From: Eledone cirrhosa
Taxonomy: Eukaryota
Direction of reading: 5' to 3'
Length of the DNA: 64,000 bases
Assembly (NCBI GenBank): GCA_964016885.1
Contig: OZ024741.1
Coordinates: 187,426,001 to 187,490,000 of the forward strand
Shown: piece after piece, positions 50,842 through 64,000 of the stretch
Numbering within the stretch: the stretch's first letter is position 1
How the letters are laid out: each line of letters begins with the position of its first letter
Notes under the pieces: model-generated
Database searches by the model: none
What the model saw: only the letters and a program-made list of their open reading frames with translations
What the model was told of the DNA's origin: nothing
Position numbers and translations under genes: made by a program

Positions 50842-51414
50842 GGCCATGAGTAGGTGTCAAACATTAATGTCTGAGTAAAATACACAGGGACATCAAACAA
50901 CTGTCATGTAAGGACAATAGCGGGGAGGAGAGAGATCAATTTAATTTAACAATAATTATATGAGCCAACGACTGATTCAATTCTACATTGTCTTGAAAAA
51001 CGAAGGACACATTGCATAATGCAGTTCGAGATAAATTATGATTAAAACAAAATACGACTGGAATAACATTAATCAAATGTCTGTCTTCTTTCTCGGAGAA
51101 AGACTAGGGTTAAAAACGATTTCTCAGAGCTAGTAAAGGGTGTACGCCTCTGCAGAAGAAACGAAGAATTAAGGAACACCAACATTACTCATGAAACGTA
51201 TGGCTAAAAACCACATTATTGCTAAATAATGATACCGTTGATCAAATCTAGCTTAGGGTTAAAGAAAACCACCACTGCCAACAAGAATAATAAGATGCCA
51301 ACTTAAGTGCCTAGTTGGGTCTCTCAATTTTCTGAACATTGCAGCCAATATTTCTCAATTTCTACCACACTGTTTTAGAAAATGAGGGAGATAATAGATA
51401 ATGTCGTCCTAGAT

Positions 51415-51723
51415 CAGGGGGGTGCAACATATTCCATTGGCAGGCCACTTTTGAACATTGGAACAACTATTAGGGCTATTAATATTTATTAAGCACTATT
51501 CCAAAGAGTCACCACAACTTCTTTCTATAACATAGAACTGGGAAATGATAACACATCAGTGAATCCCTTTAATATAGGTCAACTAACAGAGAACTTTATT
51601 ACGGTTACGAAAAAAATTCTAAATAAGGCTACAAGGTAAAAATTAAAAACGGTCATCGCGGGCCACTCTGACTGGTCTGGCAGGCTGGATTGTGGCCCGC
51701 GGGCCACCTGTTGCACGCCCCTG
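51415..51723. mobile_element. hAT (Charlie-like) MITE with 8-bp TSD
   Basis: TIRs CAGGGGGGTGCAAC / GTTGCACGCCCCTG; TSD tcctagat at 51407-51414 and 51724-51731; subterminal ggcccgcgggcc. Confidence 0.9.
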
Positions 51724-51769
51724 TCCTAGATATTATGTCAGAAAGTGAGGTATGATATATATGTATATA

Positions 51770-51901
51770 CCGTATGCCGACGTACAAATCGATCCGGCGC
51801 ATAAGTCGACCCTTAAAATTCGGAGGTCTAATTCAGATTTAGACCTACATTCGCCGGATAAGACGACCCCCCCTCCCTCCCAACCTCAAAAAAAATTACG
51901 G
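51770..51901. mobile_element. Possible pogo/Tc2-like DNA transposon end or mini-MITE
   Basis: ta|CCGTA start, repeated ataag(t/a)cgaccc motifs, TACGG at the end. Confidence 0.4.
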
Positions 51902-52442
51902 CAGTACTATCTCCACAGCTCTAGATCTGATTGCCGTTCTTTATTTGCACAAAATATAAAACATGCAAATAAACACTAAATAGTTGTAAAATATATATAT
52001 ATATGTGTGTATGTGTGTGTGTGTGTACATAAACACACTTGTGTACAAAATGGTTTAGTTTTCGGCTGTGTTTAAATATTTGACGAAATATTGACTATTT
52101 AAATGTGGGTTTTCTTGTTTGAAGTAACGATCATTAAATATTGAATAACATATTAACTTATTACCAATTAAACAGCGGGGTTTCTTGCCTGGGTAAATGG
52201 TATGACCAAACTATTCAATGGAACATTAACTAATTATTTTTGTTTTTATTATGTTTTAATAAACACCAAAAATAAAAGAACTGGTTTCTAATACAATTCA
52301 TTGTTAATTATAATTAGTGGTTTTCTTTCAATTTCTTTCTGGCACAAAATGGAAAAGAATGGGTTTTGCTGACAAATCTAATTAACTATTGTTATCAATA
52401 CAATTATCACGTGAGGTAATGTATGGAAACACTTCCGTTATG

Positions 52443-52458
52443 ATCATCACCATCATCA

Positions 52459-52503
<45 letters not shown>

Positions 52504-52733
52504 TATCCTCACATAATCCTCGTGATGATAATGATGTTGATGATATAAGGATTATCCTCACATAATCCTCATATCATCAACATCATTATCATCATCATCA
52601 CCATCACCATCATCTACATCAACAATGTCGCCTTATTCATCATCATCATCATCATCATCATCACCATCATCATCATCACCATCATCATCAACATCAACAA
52701 TGTCGCCTTCTTCCTCATCACCATCGTCAACAC

Positions 52734-52766
<33 letters not shown>

Positions 52767-52870
52767 TATCATCATCATCCTCATCAACATCATAATCCTC
52801 ATATCATCAACATCGCTATCATCATCACCGTCATCAGTATTACAATCATCATCAGCATCACCATCATCTT
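52443..52870. repeat. Degenerate (CAT)n microsatellite
   Basis: Direct reading. Confidence 0.95.
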
Positions 52871-52980
52871 CCTTGTCAACGTCATCTCTACAAGTATCGT
52901 TTCCATATTTTTATGCTTACTTTTTTTTATAATCGATAATTTATTTGTATATTCTATATAATATTTTTATGATTCCAGCG

Positions 52981-52983
<3 letters not shown>

Positions 52984-53067
<84 letters not shown>

Positions 53068-53117
53068 ACACTCTCTCACTCTCTAACTCTCTCTCCCTCT
53101 CTCTTTCTTTCTTTCTT

Positions 53118-53153
<36 letters not shown>

Positions 53154-53162
53154 CATTCTACT

Positions 53163-53194
<32 letters not shown>

Positions 53195-53260
53195 GATGTA
53201 TGTGTGGATGTATGTGGATGTATGTGGATGTGCATTTATAATATTTATATATATATATAT
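52984..53260. repeat. (CT)n, (TA)n, (TG)n and GGATGTATGT microsatellite cluster
   Basis: Direct reading. Confidence 0.93.
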
Positions 53261-53261
53261 A

Positions 53262-53465
53262 GGGGGTGGATTGGCAGCATCCGTAGTTGGTCGGACACCA
53301 TGTTTTGCAGCATAGAGTTTCGGCCCTTTACAATCTGAGTTCAAATCCCGCCGAGGTTAACTTTGCCTTTCATCCTTACGAGGTCAATAAAATAAAGTAC
53401 CAGTAATGCACTGGTACATGGTACACCAGTAATGCTGGCCTTGTGCCAAAAGTAGAAACAATTAC
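53262..53465 (+). mobile_element. SINE, full length
   Basis: ggattggcagc...gagttcaaatcccgccgaggttaactttgcctttcatcc...gtagaaacaatta. Confidence 0.87.
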
Positions 53466-53784
53466 TTAACTCGTCGAAACTTGATTTCAGACATGCATTG
53501 TGCTGCCGAGTGCTGCACGGCAGGAATGAAAATTAGTGCTGCAAAGAACTGTGGATGATTGCGCATGTGCATTCCACACACTCGGACATGTAAAGGAAAA
53601 ATGCATCGTTTTTGTTTTGTGTTGCATTTGAAAGATAGTCCTAATTGGGTAAAAATTAATACTTTTTTTTTTTTTTCACTTGTCTTCCTTTAACATTTAT
53701 ATATTTATACTGTGTTGTACCAGAGTTCTGTAATTCACATCGAGTATTACACATCTCGCAATGCTTCATATTACCATACTACTT

Positions 53785-53820
<36 letters not shown>

Positions 53821-54959
53821 AGGGATAACAAAATATCGTTGTAGGTAATCCAGTTAGAGGTTGTGAATACTTATTATTATGGATAGTTTTAGCGTACGGT
53901 GTTGTTTGACTCCACAAGAGGTTTACGTAGATGGCGAGTTTATGATTTCACTTGTATTCCTATTTAAGTTTATCTTGGAGTAATAAAATTGAAAAAGTGA
54001 AGAATAACATGGTCAACAGTACAAAAAAGGGGAATTTATTTACAGACTAACTATTATTTCTCTGATTAAGTTGTCTAAAAATTGCTGAACTCTAGAAGCA
54101 GTGCCACTCAATTTTAAATACGATGTTAGCTCAATCAGAACATCAGAGACTATTAAAAAAAATATATAACCGGCAAATCTACAAATTCAAATTACAGCAT
54201 CAATAATAACATTATAAAGATAGAGAGAGAAAAAAAGAAAGGGTGATAGATAAAGGAAAGAAAGAAAAAAAAGAAAAAGGAAAAGGAAAAAGGAAAAGGA
54301 AAAAGGAAAAGAAAAAGGAAAGGGAGAAATGAAAACAGAGAAAGATATATAGAGAGAAAAAGATATAGAGAATGGAGGAGAGAAAGCGGAGAGAAAAGGA
54401 TAAAGGAGAAATATATTAATGATATCAACAATAAATGAATACATGTTAATACATGAATAAATGTAAATAAATAAATAAATAAATAAACAAATTACATCGA
54501 GGATGATACAAAATGATACAAAATATGAAATATGAAAATATGAAAATAAATAAGCAAAAATGTGCGAAGAAATTTAAACATATTAAGATTATTGAAAGTG
54601 GTTAAAATATAGAGAGTCGAAAGTATAAATATGATAATGTTAAATATATTTATATGTGTATTGGTTATTTTAATAAATTAATTATATAATTAATTAATTA
54701 TTTGATTAATTAGTTGTATGTTATATTAGAAGTGAAAATGATATAAGATAAAATAAAATGCCAGAGATGAAATAAATTTAGGGAGAGAAATGGAGAGATA
54801 GAAAGTGAAAGATAGAGATACATAAAATATGAATGTAAATATAAGAGGTTTTCATGTTGGTTCATTGATAGATGATAACAATTATAACAATAATGATGAT
54901 GATGTGATATTATAATAGATCTAAGTGGTACAATTTGGGTATGGAATAGATAAGATGAA

Positions 54960-57525
54960 TTAAGCTGGTCTAAAGTTCTCAAATTTGGTGCAGAAAATAA
55001 TTTTTTCAATTTTACTGTTAAGTAGCATTTTGTTGTAATTTAAAATTGGGAAAAGTTCCATATTACAAAGACCACAGTGGGACATGCCAAATCGATAGGC
55101 CATTGCTGTTGATAGCTTCGTCCAGCTGATTTTATATTCCATGTTTGCATCTCTGAGTTGCCAGATTTTATTGGCGAGAGTTGTTGTATTTATGAGCTTC
55201 CTGTTATTCATAGAGTGTCTATGGACATACCACCTTTTCTTAAACTCCCCAGCTGTAGATCCTATGTAGTGCCATGTTAAGCTGCCTGAATTTATAGTAC
55301 ATAGGTATATTATATTTGACTCTAGGCATCCATTTTGTAATGGGCATTTGTCAGGTAGATGCCCGTTACATTTAGATGCCTTCCTATGTGCCGGTTTTTC
55401 TATATGGTTTTGTAAATTGTTATGTACGGGCTAGGAATTGGGTTTCTTGATGTATTGTGGTGATGTGTTCTGGCGTGTGTTTGGTTGTGATGATGTTATA
55501 TGCTTATGTTTTGTATTTAGTGTTATGGTACTTATTTGCGGGCTACTTGTATTATAAACTCTCTTATAGTTAATTTTATGCATGTGCGATTCTATGTTGT
55601 TGTAAGTGGAGTATGATAGTTTGATGGTTTTTCTATTAAAGATTTTATGATATTTATGAATTTTAGGGAAGTGTTTGTCAACTAATTTGAAGAAAGTGTA
55701 AGGTAGTTTTGTTTTTATAGAGGAGTTAAACACTGGATTGAACCATAAGTACTTTCTATCTCTGCATCTTCTATAGTTATTAGTGGTCTTTATATTAGTA
55801 TTCTGTTCAATTAATTCTCGTGCTTGTTGCCAATTTTTATGTTTAGTCCTAGATTTGTTGCTTCTATAGGTGTGGATAGTGCTATTAATATTAAGTGTGT
55901 TGTTATTTTTTTGTATCTGGTATGTATTTGAGTCTCTCTTTATGGCCTGCCTTAAGTAAAGCTATGTTATAGTAGTTAGCGTGTTCGTTAAAAATCACTA
56001 GATTAGAAGATAGGCGTGAGATTCTAAGGGATATGCTATGTGCTATGGAATTAATTATGAATCGAGGGTGATTAGAGTTATAATTAATGTAAGCTAAATT
56101 TTCATTATTTTTATGGAAGGGTTCTATTAGTCCTGGGTTTAGGTTAAGTGATACATCTAAGAAGTTAGCTTTTTTAGAGTTGAGTTCAAAAGTGATGTTA
56201 AGGCCCAATTTATTAAAGAATTTTCTAATCTTTTTCCGTAATCTTTCTAATGTTTGATTATTTAGGTTTTTAGCTAAAAGTAATGTATCGTCTCTATAAA
56301 TTCTTCCTTGTAGGTTATCAAATTTCTTATGCAAGATATGTGCTATATAAATTCCGACAATGTCCGTAACTTGGGCTGAATCATTTGATCCCATAGTTAT
56401 ATCGAAGTTATTCTGTTTATTTTTTCTTTCCCTGTAACTATTGTCGAATTTAATGATTGTTCTTTTAGCAGCTAGTATTATTTTAATTTCCTCTGGTGAA
56501 AGGTCAGAGTTTTTTTGTGCAAAGGATAGTGCCTTATTTAGGATTACAGGGGAAATAGAAGAGTAGTAGTCATTAATGTCAAATTGTATGAAGTCGGAAG
56601 ATTCTCTATTGTCTAATTTATTAAACCAATCTATTGCTTCCTTAGTGTTACCCCAGAGCTTGATTATTAGTTTTTCTTTAATTTGTGGTACTATTCTATT
56701 TAGTATAAACTTGCTAATTCTGCCTATATCTGATTTTGATAGACATATTAATCTAATAGTAGGGTCAGTTTCAAAGTTACATTTATGATCTTTCAGATTA
56801 AAAGTGGGTTTACAAGACGTTAGAGGTTCGGTTCTATCAGATATTTTAAGTTTTTTTACTATGTTAAGTCTTTCCTTATTAATGCTATTGAGTGTGGACT
56901 CTGTAGTTTTCTTGTATTTTTATGTAATTCCCGGTGTATAAAGTTGGTGTATATATTAAGGTTCATGGTGTATACGTTTGATGTTTTGTCTGCCTTTACT
57001 ATAATACCGTTGGTGTTACGTAATTTTTTTAGTAGTGCATTGATGTTATTTTGCAGTTTGTTATGATGTGTTCGTTTTTTTAAATTTAGTTTCCTTTATC
57101 ATGTTCATGAGGTCAAGTTCAAAGGCATCAAGTTGTGGATTGCTCAGTAGATTTTTGCAGGATCTAAACCCATATTTTTCACTGGTAGACTCATTATTTC
57201 TATCATTATTATTATTGGATTGGCAGTATCGGTGGAGGGTCGGACATAGTTACGTCCCTTTACGATCTGAGTTCAAATCCCGCCGAGGTTGACTTTGTCT
57301 TTCATCCTTACGGGGTCGATAAAATAAAGTAGCAGTAATGCACTGAGTAATTGCTGGCCTTGTGCCTAAAGTAGAAACAATTATTATGTCCTTTATCGTA
57401 ATGATATGCTTTCCATCTGATTCTACGGATAAAGTCATTAGTTCTTTGTATCATACCGAGCGTATATTCCTTATTTGTAGGTATTGGTATGTTTTTAAGG
57501 ACATTCCTATGTAGTGTCTTTCCAT
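54960..57525 (-). pseudogene. PLE ORF: N-terminus, RT, thumb, GIY-YIG endonuclease (frameshifts, stops, SINE insertion)
   Basis: SLK.IPIPTNKEY..FIRRIRW; MGSNDSAQVTDIVGIYI; RIYRDD; NFLDVSLNL; SNHP; DKHFPK.HKYHKIFNRKTIKLSYS; KCN..KCPLQNGCLESNIIY..HYIGST..FKKRW; CGLCNME. Confidence 0.9.
57217..57387 (+). mobile_element. SINE inserted into the PLE ORF
   Basis: Same SINE family; PLE-like sequence on both sides. Confidence 0.87.
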
Positions 57526-57884
57526 GTTAGTGCCGTGCGTTAAATTAATTGCTCAACCTAATGGGAGCTTGGTACAAGGGATAACAAAATATCGTTATAG
57601 GTGATCCAGTTAGAGTTTATGAATACTTCTTATTATGGATAGTTTTAGCGTACGGCGTTGTTTGACTCAACATGAGGTTTACGTAGATGGCGAATTTATG
57701 ATTTCACTTGTATTCCTATGTAAGTTTATCTTGGAGTAATAAAATTGAAAAAGTGAAGAATAACATGGTCAACAGTACAAAAAAAGGGGAATTTATTTAC
57801 AGTGTAACAATTGTTTCTCTGATTGAGTTGTCTAAAAATTGCTGAACACTAGAAGCAGTGCCATATATATATATATATATATAT

Positions 57885-58952
57885 AAGCCCTTCTTCAGGA
57901 GAAAAGTGGGTGGGAAGAGAGTTCCGAGGGTGTGCGGGGGAGTGGTGGAGAGACATTTAGAAAAAGGGGGGTAGGAAAAACGGTGGAAGGGGTACAAATA
58001 AAAATAAAAATAAACATGAAGATAAACAAGTGGTGGAAGGGTGTGGGGCGTGTAGGGGTGGTGGCGGGTGGAGTGGGGAGAGGGAGGTGGGGTGTCCGAG
58101 CGGGGAGGGCTGAAGGTGGTGTTTGTGTATGTGTGTAGGTGTATGTGTGTGTGTGTGTGTGTGTATGTGAATGTGAGAGTTGGGAGAACAACGAGGTTCC
58201 ATGTTCAGGAAAAGGTGTGTGTTTGGGTGGGGTGTGGGTCGGTGTGTGTGTACGTGTGGATGGTGAGGGGTCGGAGGGGTGGGGAGGGGGGATAGGATTC
58301 CGGAGGCTGAGTGTGTATATATGTGGGGGTACGCACGTGTGTGTTGGTGTTTATACGTTTTGTGGATGTAGGTGGCGTGGTTCGAAAAATAATTGTGAGT
58401 GTATGTCCGTGGGTAAGTTCCTAAGGTAGTTCCGTAGAGGGTGTGAAGAGTGCCGGATATTTTCCATGTTATTGAGTGGATAGTGGGAACGATGGCCAGT
58501 GGTGTGTAATCCGTTGGTTGTGGTGGTCGGAAGAGGGGAGATGTGGGGTGCGCGCGCAACAGGAAGTGGTCATAGTGTCAAGGCAGGATGAAGGTAGAGG
58601 AGAATGACAGGTGGAGAGGATTGTGTGTCTGTGTGTGCGGAGAAGTGGTCCGAGGGTAAAGGCAGGAGAAGGTGTAGCAGCAGTAGAGAAGGCAGGTGGA
58701 GAAAGTCAGTGCGTCAATGTGTGCTGAGGTGCGGAGGACAGGGGAGTGAGGATGGGTAGGTGTGGAAGGTGGAGTGAGGAGGGGGTAATGTGGGGGGTGG
58801 GGGTGAATTAGTAGAGGTGTTAGTGAGATGTGTGTGTGTGTGTGGGAAGGGGTGTGGGTGGAGCGGGGAGAGGGAGAGAAAAGGTGTGGGGGACGGTGGA
58901 GGGAGTGTAGTGTACTGGTGTGTGTGTGCGTATTTGGATGAGTGTGTGTGTG
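57885..58952. repeat. G-rich, strand-asymmetric low-complexity segment between (TA)n tracts (possible PLE 3' UTR on -)
   Basis: Many G3-G6 runs and GT repeats; on - it ends CTGAAGA-AGGGC just before (TA)n. Confidence 0.45.
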
Positions 58953-59819
58953 GTATATATATATATATATATATATATACATTTCAATTGATGAAAGTTG
59001 GTTGATCATATAATCCTCCGACTTTTTTGTAACCGGCGTAAAGCACTTTACGATTTGTATTCCTTAGGACTTTCTCGGTAAGATATCAACCGAAGTTTCA
59101 ATATTATGAATCGGTTTTATTTGTACATCTTTTTATTACATAATACTGTTATGTTATTAAAAAAATGTACAAATAAAACCGTTTCTCTTATTCATAATAT
59201 GTATATATATAAGGACACATAGACACAAACTCGTACAAGCACATACACACATACGCGTGCACTCACACATACAAACAAACAGAGACACTTATCCATTCAG
59301 GTGCATACTAAAAAGACAAAATTAAGTAAGCAAGATACAGACCAAGCTTTAGTTAACTAACAAATAATTGAATATAAGAGTAACTCATTTCTTGTTAATT
59401 AACGTTATCGAACAATATAATTGTTAAGTAAAGTGGAGCTCACACTTCTATCTATCCATCCATGAGCCCATAACTCGTGACGGAGTTGTATATGTGCTGC
59501 TGTGACATATGCCGTATCGCTGTATCTTGGCCATTTAATCCTAACAGAGCCCATCCTTCTCCAGGCTTGAGCACAGCCGAGTACTTTCAGAGAAAGAATG
59601 GAATAATCAATCACAGCTTGGAGCTGGTAGTTTATTAAATGACATCAGAGAGTGAAAAGTAAAGTTGTCCACAGTGATGTTTTAACGCAGAGCAGAGAGA
59701 GCCATATTGAAACTACAAAGTATTCTAATCGTTGTTCTAATGATTCAGCCCATTCACTGTCTTAAACATACGTATATCTACTTAATCATTTGTTTATCAA
59801 AACATCCGAGAATGGTTAA

Positions 59820-60230
59820 CTTACATCAGAGCGGTGGTTCTGTAGAATCGACTAAGTACCGAAGAAAATGCATTGTCGAGTTTGATTACGGTCCTCTACA
59901 TTCTAAATTCAAATCTCGCGAGGCTGACTTTGTCCTTCGCTATTCCGTCCTCCATACTTATATGTTCCAGTCATGTCATGATTTTTTTGTTATTCTTTCA
60001 GTAGTTTCAGTCATTAAACAGCGGTTATCCTGAGGCACCACATCTGTTTCATGATCATATTCACCAGTACTTATTTCATTGATCTCCTTTTGTCCAACAG
60101 CTATGTCACGGGAAATAAACACATGCTATTTTATTAGTTTTAGTCATTGGAAGGTGACCATGCTAGAACACTTCTTTCAGAGTTTCAATTTGATACTAAT
60201 TTTATCGATTTCTATTTGTCAAATGGCTAG
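59820..60230. mobile_element. Old decayed SINE fragments
   Basis: ttcaaatctcgcgaggctgactttgtccttc resembles the SINE core; two decayed tagtttcagtcatt...-type pieces follow. Confidence 0.45.
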
Positions 60231-60529
60231 GCTCACTTACTGATTTACGTCTGTGGTTTCCCCTTTTAATACAACGGTTCGTTATACGTTGTGGCTGTAA
60301 GATACTATAGCTTGTAATAGTGGTGTAACATACAGTGACATGTAACAGTGATAGGTTGTCCATTTATATCAATTTCCATGTAAGTTGTCGAAGTTGTCTT
60401 AGTTCGTGCGGAGAAAATGAAAGACGCGAGAGGTGTGTAACTCGAATCAAGTTATAGAATTATAAATGAACTGCATAGCAGTTCGTTACTGTAATGATTC
60501 CGGTAAGTTCGAAATACGAAGATAGTAAG

Positions 60530-60625
<96 letters not shown>

Positions 60626-61072
60626 ATATATATATGGCTAGCCTCTTCCTCACACTTTCACTCACTCTCTGCCAACCACCCTCTCTCTCCCTCCTCCATG
60701 GTCCCACACCGTACGAGATTCTTTCCTCGCTTACATTCGCGCGGCCAAGATGTGTCTTTGCCTTCTCGTCAATATTCGCAAGTTATGTTCAAAATGAATC
60801 ATTGACTTGATTTTCTCATTTTTTCCTCTTTACGTTGCCTCACCATTCGTGTTTGTTTACCTCTCTCTCTTTTTCCACCCAATTCTTTTTATCCCAATAA
60901 CTTATTTTAGTTATTGTATTGCCCTAGCCGGAGGTATATGGTCTGTAATGCGAAGAAATACCTATGATGGCTAGTAGACCACTGATGATGGATAGTCCTG
61001 GCTTCTATTTCTAATTCTTCCTTTTATTATATATATCATATTTGCAACAACACAGCTCGCCATTTTCCATTC

Positions 61073-61161
<89 letters not shown>

Positions 61162-61419
61162 AAGTGAGGGGGGATGTATCTACATAGCAAAATTGTAAAA
61201 TTGTAAAATTGTAAAATTGTAAAATTATAAAATTAAATTGTCTAGAATACCTGAAGTCATTCTTTTCCATTTTTTAGATTTACCTAATTGTACCAAAGAT
61301 TTCTCACATTTTCCAACACACACACACACACGTACAAACACATACACAGCTATTGTAAGTTGACGAAAAAATGCTTTAGAGAATGGAAAGATTGAATAAA
61401 CTCTTTCATAATATTCTAC

Positions 61420-62460
61420 ATCTATAATATTCCATTGTTTGGATCATTTCGTTTCTTATATAATCTTGACTTTTGTAACATCTTTTCGTGGTCTTTCTCT
61501 GGATTATCTGCCGGTTTACTTTTCCCGTAAAATCTATCAAGCGATTCTTTCCTTAGACATTCTGTGCTCGTATCCGTATTAAGGGAGCTCTAATCTCTCA
61601 ATTCGGATTAGTACCAACTTTAACTAGAGCGACTTTCTGCTCTCCAAGCTACGCAGCCTATCGCGTAACGTTACTCCAAAAACCCTTCAGTGGAACCCTA
61701 TTTCATCCTCTTGTATTCGCGATCGTATTCTTTCGGTCATTACTCAAGGATTCATGATCTTAATTAAGGGTAGGCGCAAACACCTACCACCTGTCAAATG
61801 ATGAGTGTAAACCTGGCGAATTGCTGAACCAGCTCCTGCAATTCTTGCATTTACTTCAGCCTACTGCCTTCCAACACACGTGAAAACAACCCCGAAATTC
61901 TTGAGTTTCACCTGCTTTACAGAAAATTTTAATTACATATAGAGTGCACAGGGCGGGTTCCTTGAAATGACCAGTGTCTCAGTCTTCGCAGCACTGATTT
62001 TCATTCCTGCAACGCAGCACTCGAAACCAAGCCTATCAAGCGGATGTCGGAAATCAACTTCCGACGAGTTAAGTAATACCATGTCGTTTACAAATTCAAA
62101 CCGACTGTTCCTACATCCGGCAGTCCTGATACAACTTCCAACCGGCTGCGTATATCAATCCTATCCATGAAGATTATGAATAGGGAAGGCGACAATACTC
62201 ATTATTCGTGACGTCTGATTTAAATGGTCTGGACTTAGTTCTATTTATCAAAACACAAATACTAGGGCATTGGTTTAGGGACTTCAAGACAACAAGAAGC
62301 TGCCCGTCGATCTTCGGACGCAGCACAGCCGAACAAGTATTCACTCTGTGGCAGGATTTCGAGAAATTGTCGAAGTATTGTCAAGAGGCGTATGCTTGCT
62401 TCGTGGACCTTGGAAAGAATGCGACCACGTTCCAAGGGACTTTATTGTAAAAGATTCCCC
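61420..62460 (-). mobile_element. Old RTE-clade LINE remnant with inverted 5' segment (62311-62460 on +)
   Basis: Minus: DGQLLVVLKSL..LSPSLFIIFMDRI..VMTERIRSRIQ..GVTLRDRLRS..RERPRK; plus: GRSTAEQVFTL..YACFVDLGK. Confidence 0.8.
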
Positions 62461-62929
62461 ATCACTTGTTGAGTGAATAGGTGTCACTGAGAAGATTTAA
62501 CAGAAACATATCCTTTGATTTCGACAAGTTTTTGTTAAGTTGTTCCAAAGATTTGAATTAACTAGAGTTTGCGTCTTATTATTTGAACACTCTTAAAGGA
62601 AGTTTTAGTTTTGAAATTGGGAGAATAGTTTCAGTTTCTCTCTACCAACCTTCCCTCAACAAATACTGGTTAACATAAGGATAGGGTGAGAGACATTTAC
62701 TTGAAGTGCCACAGGATGATATATAACTTCTAAACATCACATATCTGTGTTCCTTATTATATTTGTCCGTTTTGTAATCAAAAGTGTAACATTTAAAGGA
62801 AATTTGTCAAATACTTTCAGTAGATCAGCTAAATACTTTGAGCCACATTTGTTGGCTCGAAGGGACGACCGTTTGAAGGAAATACATCTTCTTGTCATTT
62901 CTACACTGTTTGTCCAGCCGTTTCACATC

Positions 62930-62932
<3 letters not shown>

Positions 62933-63021
<89 letters not shown>

Positions 63022-63053
63022 ATTTATCTTGACCTATCTATCTGTCTATCTCT

Positions 63054-63128
<75 letters not shown>
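62933..63128. repeat. (CT)n microsatellites
   Basis: Direct reading. Confidence 0.95.
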
Positions 63129-63132
<4 letters not shown>

Positions 63133-63234
63133 AAATGACGTCATATTAAGACTCTTCTGGTTCTGTGCCAGTAACATTGCCATACCACCTTGTCCCAATA
63201 TGCAGAGGCAGCATAACCGAATGATTATGAAGTT

Positions 63235-63560
63235 TACTTCGCAATCGATAGGTTCCGAGTTTGAATCCCACTGCGTGGTATCTTGAACGAGTCTTTTTTA
63301 TCTCGGGTCGACCTAAGCATTGTGAGTGAAATTAGGTAAAGGGAAACTGTTCAGAAGGCCTCGGGCGGACTACACCTTTCATTCAAAGGTCAAACCTTGT
63401 CACACACTCTATCACGTTGAATCTCCCTGAGAATTATGTTAAAGATACATCTGTCTGTGGAATGTTGAGCCACTTACACGTTAATTTCATGAGCAGATTG
63501 TTCTGTTGATCAAACAGCTCGAACTCCTCGTCGAAACTGGTGGAAGTCCATTCCTTCGTT
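63235..63560. mobile_element. Decayed SINE-like repeats
   Basis: B-box-like gagtttgaatccc followed by ttgtgagtgaaatt..ggaaactg..gaagg, similar to ~48380-48440. Confidence 0.4.
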
Positions 63561-63634
63561 CATAGTTAGCCAACTGTACTAAACATACTCTCCTTAAAAA
63601 TACATGCCTCTGTTTATGTAGGTCTTTATGTGTC

Positions 63635-63965
<331 letters not shown>

Positions 63966-64000
63966 AACAACAACGATATCAATGCCATCATCCCGGTAAC

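Larger units (their letters stand above)
53817..57863 (-). mobile_element. Near-complete, decayed Penelope-like element (Hydra-clade-like) with ~290-bp direct pseudo-LTRs (53817-54106, 57573-57863), inserted in (TA)n
   Basis: Direct repeats tacaagggataac...gcagtgcca; RT and GIY-YIG remnants between them; (TA)n on both sides. Confidence 0.92.

Noticed and set aside
53817-57863. LTR retrotransposon (because of the direct terminal repeats)
   Set aside because: No TG..CA ends, gag, protease or integrase; RT plus GIY-YIG identifies a Penelope-like element with pseudo-LTRs.

Overview
AT-rich, repeat-saturated metazoan DNA with no recognisable host gene. The SINE family and the microsatellite density suggest a mollusc, probably an octopus (inference). 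Bases 1-38,691 are one strand-asymmetric, triplet-phased satellite built from GTT/ACT/GAT/GCT, with 15- and 21-bp units and multi-kb internal duplications. The huge ORFs over it are low-complexity artefacts. The array ends in a ~90-bp unique tail joined to a 465-bp hairpin-rich monomer carrying an intact minimal type I hammerhead ribozyme (HHR). A second, inverted copy at 41,661-43,895 has the same three parts in permuted order (HHR monomers, ~1 kb of the same satellite, same tail). It shows exact twin-priming (5' inversion) geometry and abuts a 5'-truncated RTE LINE. The best candidate novel system is therefore a ribozyme-bearing, retrozyme-like non-autonomous retroelement carrying an expandable satellite (about 1 kb in one copy, >38 kb in the other). 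The rest of the window holds Penelope-like elements (RT + GIY-YIG) with further intact or decayed HHRs nested in (TA)n, old RTE remnants, tRNA-type SINEs, a hAT MITE and microsatellites. All calls are by eye; no folding or database search was run.
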